Source: a virus | UHGV virus genome: UHGV-0126733 | DNA: 11,744 bases | Strand: one strand, 5' to 3' | Shown: positions 6,147 to 11,744 of the stretch, in pieces | Numbering within the stretch: the first letter of the stretch is position 1 | Layout of the letters: each line of letters opens with the position of its first letter | Made by a program: the position numbers and the translations under genes | Notes under the pieces: model-generated | Seen by the model: the letters and a program-made list of their open reading frames with translations, nothing else | Database searches by the model: none | Told to the model about the DNA's origin: nothing

Positions 6147-7142
6147 TCAGGCCAGCACGCCAATTGCCAGCGCACGATCGATAAAACGAAATATCAGCTC
6201 CAGTTGGGAGCCATACTTCTCTTCAAATGCCACGGTATCCACATGCAGCTCGTCGTGATGCTTTCTGCACAAAGGCAGCACGAAGAGGTCATGCGCTTTT
6301 GTACCTATTCCACCCTGACCGTGGCCTATCAGGTGGTGGGGATCATCGGCAGGCTTTCCACAACATGCACACGGCTGCGTCTTAACCCAGCGCGTGTACT
6401 TTTCGTTAACCCAGCGGCGACGTTTTGGGCGTAACATAAAAGACTCCGGCGACTCCGGATCCACTTTCAGCGCCAGCACCTTTTTCGCTTTATCCTGGAT
6501 GATGCTGGTGGCAGGAACCGAAGGCACAAGATCACTTTCCCGGGTGACAGACGGCACAACAGGCTTCGGTAATCTCAGTGCCTTACGGGCTGCACTTTCC
6601 GGTAAGGCATCCGCCAGGTCATTACGAATCAGCCACCAGCACAGTTCCGGCATTGTCACAACGTGACTGTCATCAAAACCGAGATCCCGACGCACAACAG
6701 ACAACACCCAACGGGCACAGTTATCCGTTGCCATTGATTCCAGCCGCTCCGTGAACTGATCACGTAACTGATTATCGCAGTGCCAGCACAAACGGATTGC
6801 TCCCGGCGCGTGACGCATTGTGGTCATGTTCTCGCTGTGCCAGTCGGAATGAGGCCACTGACAACCTTTTTCACGAAGTAACCAGCTTTCAAGACATTCC
6901 ACGCCACCAGCACGACGGATCACCGCCTCATTGCGGAACACGCCCCGAACGGCAGGATCATCCGCCAGCGGTTGTGATGCCGCAGGAACGGCACCACTGG
7001 CAAAAGATGAATAACGTTCCGGCTCAGGCTCCAGCAGGACACGCCCCTGCATAAACAGGGGCATCAGCTCTGAACCTGGCCTGAACAATACGATCCCCAT
7101 ACGCGGGGCAATTTCAGGGGTCAGTAGTGCTCTCACGGTCAC
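6147..7142 (-). CDS. DUF968-type phage protein (YdfU-like) with C-terminal HNH/zinc-finger-like motif
   Basis: 331-codon ORF. The C-terminus has CACCGKPADDPHHLIGHGQGG...KAHDLFVLPLCRKHHDELH (Cys/His pattern). Occupies the position just upstream of Q. Start uncertain: GTG at 7142 is 1 nt after the upstream stop, and the first ATG is 14 codons in (7100). Confidence 0.7.
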   Translation of the reverse strand: MTVRALLTPEIAPRMGIVLFRPGSELMPLFMQGRVLLEPEPERYSSFASGAVPAASQPLADDPAVRGVFRNEAVIRRAGGVECLESWLLREKGCQWPHSDWHSENMTTMRHAPGAIRLCWHCDNQLRDQFTERLESMATDNCARWVLSVVRRDLGFDDSHVVTMPELCWWLIRNDLADALPESAARKALRLPKPVVPSVTRESDLVPSVPATSIIQDKAKKVLALKVDPESPESFMLRPKRRRWVNEKYTRWVKTQPCACCGKPADDPHHLIGHGQGGIGTKAHDLFVLPLCRKHHDELHVDTVAFEEKYGSQLELIFRFIDRALAIGVLA

Positions 7143-7143
7143 C

Positions 7144-7953
7144 TCAATGAACGGTATCGAGCAGCTTTAACAGCTCAGTGAATCGGGATTCGAAGAAATG
7201 CGGCTGCGTCTCGCGCGGATTTGCAGGACTGGTGATGTTCTTGCCGAACATGCAACCTTTCGCTGTCAGCGACCAGAATTTTTTGATGTTGTTAATCGCG
7301 GTACGGCTGTATCGTTCGCGCTGCTCGACGATCCCCAGTTTCACCATCTGGTGATATGCCTGATTAGCCGTCAGGCGGATACCATACTGTTTCAGCAGTG
7401 CACTCAGTGACAGTGTCGGGCGACTTGAGCCATCGTGTGCATCAGCAGGAGCATCAATGGCATAGCGCGGTGCCAGATTCGGTAAGCCAACAGCCTCCTG
7501 GAGTTTCTGACAGGCACCAAGCACTGAAGAGTTAGACAGGTTTAACTCCCTGCGCATAAAGTCCAGCAGAATCACTCCAGCCTGCATCTTGTCAGCAGCC
7601 TGCCCGGATAATTTTTCCGGTGCGCAGGTTACCATGTCGAAAGTACGGATCACCTTCAGATGGAATGACGGACTGATCCACATTGCATAGGCATACACCA
7701 GTTCCTTGCAGACATAAGTTCCCCGTTCATTTCCCCCATGAATCACACTCACCGGGTCAACACCCAAATTCTGGGTGTTGGTCAATTCATGAACAAGTTC
7801 AACAGTTTGTTGGCTGGAAAGAAACTTTCCTGGCTCCTTGGTTCTGGCATTTGCACCAGATGCTACTGCTGCGCGATGCAGATCGTTCAGGCTGTAACGC
7901 CCATAAACATCACGACGAACTTCAATACCATCAATAACCATCAGATTATTCAT
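7144..7953 (-). CDS. KilA-N domain protein (Roi/antirepressor-like)
   Basis: N-terminal region MVIDGIEVRRDVYGRYSLNDLHRAAVASG...GTYVCKELVYAYAMWISPSFHLKVIRTF fits the KilA-N/Bro-N DNA-binding fold pattern. GAGGAG Shine-Dalgarno about 9 nt upstream of the ATG. Confidence 0.75.
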   Translation of the reverse strand: MNNLMVIDGIEVRRDVYGRYSLNDLHRAAVASGANARTKEPGKFLSSQQTVELVHELTNTQNLGVDPVSVIHGGNERGTYVCKELVYAYAMWISPSFHLKVIRTFDMVTCAPEKLSGQAADKMQAGVILLDFMRRELNLSNSSVLGACQKLQEAVGLPNLAPRYAIDAPADAHDGSSRPTLSLSALLKQYGIRLTANQAYHQMVKLGIVEQRERYSRTAINNIKKFWSLTAKGCMFGKNITSPANPRETQPHFFESRFTELLKLLDTVH

Positions 7954-7972
7954 ACTTCGTTTCTCCTCTTAA

Positions 7973-8362
7973 TCAGGCGGCTGCACCCGCCGGTTTCTCA
8001 TACTTACTGATAGTGATCTCGACCTTCCCTTTCGGGATAACCGGTCCCCACTCCACCAGCATTCTTTTCACCTGTCTGTCGTCTTCCCACACACCCGCGT
8101 GGGTCAGGGCGTCAAACAGCGCCTTGTTATAGTTGTCCAGATCGCGGATCCGGTTATCCGGAGGAAACAACACGATCTCCACTGAAGCAGGTGCCGACGT
8201 TGGTTTCGGCAGACGACGTAACTGCTCAACTATTGCTGCGCACGCCGCGCTCTGAAATTTTCGCCCCGCCTCGCTTATCAGGCTCTTACCAGCAAATGCC
8301 CCTTTGTTGGGGTGTCGCCAGTACGTGTTCACACTGGGCGGGAAAGGAAGGATCAACTTCAT
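7973..8362 (-). CDS. rusA: RusA-family Holliday junction resolvase
   Basis: 129 aa; LPFPPSVNTYWRH near the N-terminus, the RDLDN motif, and FDALTHAGVWEDD match the RusA family. Start ATG overlaps the upstream stop (ATGA). Confidence 0.85.
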   Translation of the reverse strand: MKLILPFPPSVNTYWRHPNKGAFAGKSLISEAGRKFQSAACAAIVEQLRRLPKPTSAPASVEIVLFPPDNRIRDLDNYNKALFDALTHAGVWEDDRQVKRMLVEWGPVIPKGKVEITISKYEKPAGAAA

Positions 8363-8685
8363 ACTTTCAGGCCCCTCTCATGTAACCAGTGGGCTGCACG
8401 CAGCCTGGCGTTTTCCTCACCGGCAAGCAGTGCGCGGATAATCCCGACCGCCTCGCTGTCGTCGTCCTTCACTGCGGTATGAAGCGTGATCCCCCGGGCC
8501 ACGCCACGCTTTATCGTGATGACGCCTTTTTTCTCCAGTGCGCGAAGATGCTCCACGGCTGCATTCACTGAACGGTATCCCAGCATGGTTGCCACCTCCT
8601 GATTGGTTGGCAGAAAGCCACGCTCTTGCTGGTAAGAAATCAGAATATCCAGCACCTGCTGCTGGCATTGAGTTAACGTCGTCAT
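8359..8685 (-). CDS. LexA N-terminal DNA-binding-domain homologue lacking the S24 peptidase domain
   Basis: 108 aa. LTQCQQQVLDILISYQQERGFLPTNQEVATMLGYRSVNAAVEHLRALEKKGVITIKRGVARGITL aligns by eye along the E. coli LexA N-terminal winged-HTH (LTARQQEVFDLIRDH...[33 protein letters not shown]), with NAA-x-EHL of the recognition helix conserved. Too short to contain the Ser/Lys cleavage domain. ATGA overlaps at both ends. Confidence 0.75.
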   Translation of the reverse strand: MTTLTQCQQQVLDILISYQQERGFLPTNQEVATMLGYRSVNAAVEHLRALEKKGVITIKRGVARGITLHTAVKDDDSEAVGIIRALLAGEENARLRAAHWLHERGLKV

Positions 8686-9335
8686 GCCGCCATCTCCCTA
8701 ACCAGTTTTTCCGCCTGCTGGCGAACCTGCGCCAGAAACGCCTCACCACATGCCTCAAGTTCATCGCGCCCGATGTAGCTGATTGCCGGTCCCTTCCAGG
8801 TCTTGTCGAAAACAGCAATAGCACCAGCGAAGAAAGCGCCTGTCGGCACCTGCTTCTCATCCTTCGGGATAAACCAGGCAGGCAGTTCAAAACCAATACG
8901 CCCGCGAATAAAAGCAATATGGTCCGCATCTTCCGGCCACCACACTTCGCTGGTGGCAGCTTTGATCAGGAAAACATAGCGCCCACCCTTATCACGCATG
9001 GCACTGGCATGTTTCATGATGTAACGCATGCCGGTGATGTATTGCCCCTCATGCTGACTGGCGCGGCTGTATGGGGGATTACCAAAGGCAGCCCCTTTAA
9101 GCTCCGCAAGACGTTCTGACCAGTCATGCGCCAGCGCGTTGTCTTCCGCCGTGTAATACGCAGCACATTTGGCGTTATCACCGTCAGTGAACAGATCCAG
9201 AACAAACGGGCCAAACAGGGTGTTAATTCCCCAGAAAATGTTATCCGGCGTGCGCCACTGATCGCCCACTTCCTTCAGTTCATGGGCTGGTTTGTTCCGC
9301 AGTTCCACCAGCGCCTGGCAATATTTATTACTCAT
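8682..9335 (-). CDS. Phage DNA N6-adenine methyltransferase (Dam-like)
   Basis: Contains the NPPY catalytic motif in AFGNPPYSRA. Preferred start is ATG at 9335 (MSNKYCQ...) with GGGGG about 5 nt upstream; the track ORF begins at an upstream GTG (9368). First gene of the minus-strand early operon. Confidence 0.85.
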   Translation of the reverse strand: MSNKYCQALVELRNKPAHELKEVGDQWRTPDNIFWGINTLFGPFVLDLFTDGDNAKCAAYYTAEDNALAHDWSERLAELKGAAFGNPPYSRASQHEGQYITGMRYIMKHASAMRDKGGRYVFLIKAATSEVWWPEDADHIAFIRGRIGFELPAWFIPKDEKQVPTGAFFAGAIAVFDKTWKGPAISYIGRDELEACGEAFLAQVRQQAEKLVREMAA

Positions 9336-9601
9336 TAAGCCCCCACGTAATTCCCTGACAGATACCACTCTTCACCCGATGCAGCGCGCTTGCTGCTTTT
9401 CCGTAAGCACCGCTCCTTGTTGTTGGGGAATAACCAGGTCCACCTCGCCTGATGTGGCTAAAAGCAGGCACATAACAGCTAAGTATTTTCAACCAGAGAG
9501 AATCCTTAGCGTTGTGGTGAATGCGGCTCAGCGCACGCGGGTTAAGGTTGAGGCTGACAGTCGACCTTCTGTGGATACCCACCCGTCTGGTGTGCAACCT
9601 T

Positions 9602-9710
9602 CGCCAGGCACCGGGAGGCACCCGGCACCACAACTTTATGCTGTGTGTAGTCCTGGCGGTACCAGTTTGTACCCTTGCTTCCGGCTGGTACCGCTCTTTT
9701 TACAAAACAG
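9602..9710 (+). promoter_or_regulatory. Structured leader upstream of yfdP-like gene: nested stem-loops, terminator-like hairpin with U-tract, and boxA-like motif
   Basis: Perfect 10-bp inverted repeat GCGGTACCAG (9656-9665) / CTGGTACCGC (9685-9694) followed by TCTTTTT (9695-9701). An upstream stem CGCCAGG (9602-9608) / CCTGGCG (9652-9658) overlaps the terminator's left arm by 3 nt, so the two structures are mutually exclusive. It encloses a CCGGG-AGGCA-CCCGG hairpin (9611-9625). CGCTCTTTTTACAA (from 9692) resembles boxA (GCTCTTTAACAA). Confidence 0.4.
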
Positions 9711-9838
9711 AGAAGAGCATCACCGGACGACGGGCTCATAACCCAATCCATCCGGGCGGCTGCCACCGCAGGTGTTCTTCTCTGTTTTGTGGAGAAACCA
9801 ACCGACCTTGCAGGGTCGATATGATGAGGAGCAGCAAA

Positions 9839-10201
9839 ATGGCTAGCGAACGCAGTACTGATGTGCAGGCATTTATCGGGGAGCTGGACGGCGGCGTATT
9901 TGAAACCAAAATCGGCGCAGTTCTCAGTGAAGTCGCTTCCGGTGTGATGAACACGAAAACCAAAGGGAAGGTCTCACTCAATCTGGAAATCGAACCGTTT
10001 GATGAGAACCGTGTGAAAATCAAACACAAACTCTCATATGTTCGCCCGACTAACCGCGGGAAAATTTCCGAAGAAGACACCACCGAAACGCCGATGTATG
10101 TCAATCGCGGTGGTCGCCTGACTATTCTGCAGGAAGACCAGGGACAATTACTGACTCTTGCCGGTGAACCTGACGGAAAACTCCGCGCAGCAGGTCGTTA
10201 A
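9839..10201 (+). CDS. yfdP: YfdP-like hypothetical protein (120 aa)
   Basis: ATG at 9839 with GAGGAG 7 nt upstream. Size and position (immediately before the yfdQ-like and yfdR-like genes) match E. coli CPS-53 yfdP as I recall it. The track ORF from 9521 adds an Arg-rich, GC-rich N-terminal extension that looks non-coding. Confidence 0.6.
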   Translation: MASERSTDVQAFIGELDGGVFETKIGAVLSEVASGVMNTKTKGKVSLNLEIEPFDENRVKIKHKLSYVRPTNRGKISEEDTTETPMYVNRGGRLTILQEDQGQLLTLAGEPDGKLRAAGR

Positions 10202-10266
10202 TATCGTTCTTAATAAACTGATTATTTATCTCATCACTGAATATCTTTATATAGTGAGGACTTATT

Positions 10267-11091
10267 ATGTCTCAGAACTTAGACGCAACCGCAATTAATC
10301 AAATCCATGCCCTTATTTCTGCTCAGGGTGTTAATGAAATTATCAGTAAGATTGGTGCCGATGCTGTGGCATTGCCTGAGAATTTCCGCATTCATGATCT
10401 GGAAAAATTTAATTTAAATCGCTTCCGTTTCCGTGGTGCGCTTTCCACTGCCAGCATCGATGACTTTACCCGTTATTCTAAAGATCTTGCAGATGAAGGC
10501 ACCCGCTGCTTTATCGATGCCGATAATATGCGAGCAGTCAGTGTGCTTAACCTGGGTACTATTGATGAACCAGGTCACGCAGATAACACCGCCACTCTCA
10601 AACTGAAAAAGACAGCACCGTTCTCTGCCCTGTTGTCTGTTAACGGCGAGCGTAACTCCCAGAAGTCACTGGCAGAATGGATTGAAGACTGGGCCGACTA
10701 CCTTGTGGGCTTTGATGCTAATGGTGACGCCATTCAGGCAACAAAAGCGGCTGCGGCAGTCCGTAAAATCACGATTGAAGCAAACCAGACCGCTGATTTT
10801 GAAGATAATGACTTCAGCGGCAAACGCTCCCTGATGGAGTCTGTCGAAGCGAAGACCAAAGACATTATGCCAGTGGCATTTGAATTTAAATGCGTTCCGT
10901 TTGAAGGTCTGAAAGAACGTCCGTTTAAATTACGCCTCAGCATTATCACTGGCGATCGTCCTGTACTGGTTCTGCGCATTATTCAGCTGGAAGCGGTGCA
11001 GGAAGAAATGGCTAACGAATTTCGTGATCTGCTTGTTGAGAAATTCAAGGACAGCAAAGTAGAAACCTTTATTGGTACTTTCACCGCCTGA
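10267..11091 (+). CDS. yfdQ: YfdQ-like protein (DUF2303 family), 274 aa
   Basis: Clean 274-codon ORF with a GTGAGGA Shine-Dalgarno upstream. Size and operon context match CPS-53 yfdQ. Family assignment is from memory, not a search. Confidence 0.7.
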   Translation: MSQNLDATAINQIHALISAQGVNEIISKIGADAVALPENFRIHDLEKFNLNRFRFRGALSTASIDDFTRYSKDLADEGTRCFIDADNMRAVSVLNLGTIDEPGHADNTATLKLKKTAPFSALLSVNGERNSQKSLAEWIEDWADYLVGFDANGDAIQATKAAAAVRKITIEANQTADFEDNDFSGKRSLMESVEAKTKDIMPVAFEFKCVPFEGLKERPFKLRLSIITGDRPVLVLRIIQLEAVQEEMANEFRDLLVEKFKDSKVETFIGTFTA

Positions 11092-11103
11092 TTTCATTAC
11101 TGC

Positions 11104-11125
11104 AAATGCCCCTGCGGGGGCATTT
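11104..11125 (+). terminator. GC-rich hairpin between the yfdQ-like and yfdR-like genes (weak terminator or attenuator)
   Basis: AAATGCCCC-TGCG-GGGGCATTT, a 9-bp stem, followed by ATGGAAACG (poor U-tract). Likely partial termination or an RNA-processing/stability element. Confidence 0.3.
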
Positions 11126-11218
11126 ATGGAAACGTAATTTACTCAATAATCGCAGGATGGTGAGGGATTCTTTTTACCAGAATTCAGCGCGGTGCAGCGC
11201 ATATACGTGGAGAACAAA

Positions 11219-11744
11219 ATGTCATTTATTAAAACTTTTTCCGGGAAGCATTTTTATTATGACAGGATAAATAAAGACGACATCGATATTAACGATATCG
11301 CGGTTTCCCTTTCAAATATCTGTCGCTTTGCCGGTCATCTTTCACACTTCTACAGCGTCGCCCAACATGCGGTGCTTTGCAGCCAGCTGGTACCGCAGGA
11401 ATTTGCTTTTGAAGCGTTAATGCATGATGCAACAGAAGCGTATTGCCAGGACATCCCCGCACCACTGAAACGCTTTCTTCCTGACTATAAACGGATGGAA
11501 GAAAAAATAGACACAGTAATCCGTGAGAAATACGGGTTACCCCCGGTTATGAGTACACCCGTGAAATATGCCGATCTCATCATGCTGGCAACCGAACGCC
11601 GCGATCTCGGGCTTGATGATGGCTCTTTCTGGCCTGTACTGGAAGGTATCCCGGCAACAGAGATGTTCAACGTGATTCCACTGGCACCGGGCCATGCCTA
11701 CGGGATGTTTATGGAACGCTTTAACGAGTTATCGGAGTTACGCA
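11219..11744 (+). CDS. yfdR: HD-domain phosphohydrolase, YfdR-like 5'-deoxynucleotidase (C-terminal end runs to or beyond the window edge)
   Basis: ATG at 11219 with GGAG about 7 nt upstream. Translation MSFIKTFSGKHFYYDRINKDDIDINDIAVSLSNICRFAGHLSHFYSVAQHAVL...ALMHDATEAYCQDIP contains the H...HD...D metal-binding signature of HD hydrolases. Open to the end of the window, so not in the ORF track. Confidence 0.8.
   Translation, partial: MSFIKTFSGKHFYYDRINKDDIDINDIAVSLSNICRFAGHLSHFYSVAQHAVLCSQLVPQEFAFEALMHDATEAYCQDIPAPLKRFLPDYKRMEEKIDTVIREKYGLPPVMSTPVKYADLIMLATERRDLGLDDGSFWPVLEGIPATEMFNVIPLAPGHAYGMFMERFNELSELR

Larger units (their letters stand above)
1..11744 (-). mobile_element. Segment of a lambdoid prophage (nin region, Q, lysis cassette, HNH-terminase head module), late genes on the minus strand
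   Basis: Canonical lambdoid gene order on one strand (Dam, RusA, Q, holin, endolysin, Rz/Rz1, HNH, TerS, TerL), with 4-nt ATGA start/stop overlaps between several adjacent genes. No integrase or att site lies in the window, so the prophage ends are not visible. Confidence 0.85.

Noticed and set aside
8417-9119. Track ORFs 8417-8929 (minus, Arg-rich) and 8538-9119 (plus)
   Set aside because: They overlap the LexA-like and Dam genes in alternative frames or antisense, and have Arg/Pro-rich low-complexity translations typical of out-of-frame GC-rich DNA.
9335-9368. GTG start at 9368 for the Dam methyltransferase
   Set aside because: The in-frame ATG at 9335 is preceded by a GGGGG Shine-Dalgarno; the GTG extension adds 11 residues with no ribosome-binding site.
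9336-9520. LexA/SOS boxes (CTGT-N8-ACAG) in the promoter regions, as possible targets for the LexA-like protein
   Set aside because: No match to the consensus found by eye in 9336-9520 or 3631-4030. A proper position-weight-matrix scan was not possible.
9521-10201. Track ORF of 226 aa extending the yfdP-like gene 106 codons upstream
   Set aside because: The upstream extension is Arg-rich and GC-rich, overlaps the structured terminator-like leader, and has no Shine-Dalgarno. The internal ATG at 9839 has GAGGAG upstream and gives a 120-aa product consistent with the yfdP size as I recall it.
1-11744. CRISPR arrays, IS elements, integrase or att sites
   Set aside because: No regularly spaced direct repeats, no transposase-like ORFs with terminal inverted repeats, and no integrase ORF were seen. 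The prophage boundaries appear to lie outside the window.

Overview
This window is an inverted segment of a lambdoid (HK97-type packaging) enterobacterial prophage. Nearly all backbone genes run on the minus strand, in the order: nin-like early operon (phage Dam methyltransferase, LexA-DNA-binding-domain-only protein, RusA resolvase, KilA-N protein, DUF968 protein, antiterminator Q), then a lysis cassette (holin, lambda-R-like endolysin, Rz/Rz1 spanins), then HNH endonuclease, small terminase and the start of large terminase. A divergent plus-strand operon resembling E. coli CPS-53 yfdP-yfdQ-yfdR occupies 9839-11744. Two AT-rich cargo islands interrupt the GC-rich backbone (hand counts on sampled 60-nt lines: about 20-35% G+C in the islands versus 52-65% in the backbone). 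The first is a three-gene plus-strand operon (4031-5758) between Q and the holin, which is the position occupied by stx in Stx phages and by nmpC in DLP12. The second is a single gene for a membrane-anchored protein (1653-2207) between Rz/Rz1 and the HNH-terminase module. Neither island has a function I can assign from sequence; they are the best candidates for an undescribed accessory or anti-phage system. Other points of interest are a LexA N-terminal-domain homologue lacking the peptidase domain, a structured terminator-like leader with a boxA-like motif upstream of yfdP, and a GC-rich inverted repeat upstream of the small terminase that may be the cos region. All homology statements are from reading the translations and recalling family hallmarks; no database search was run.
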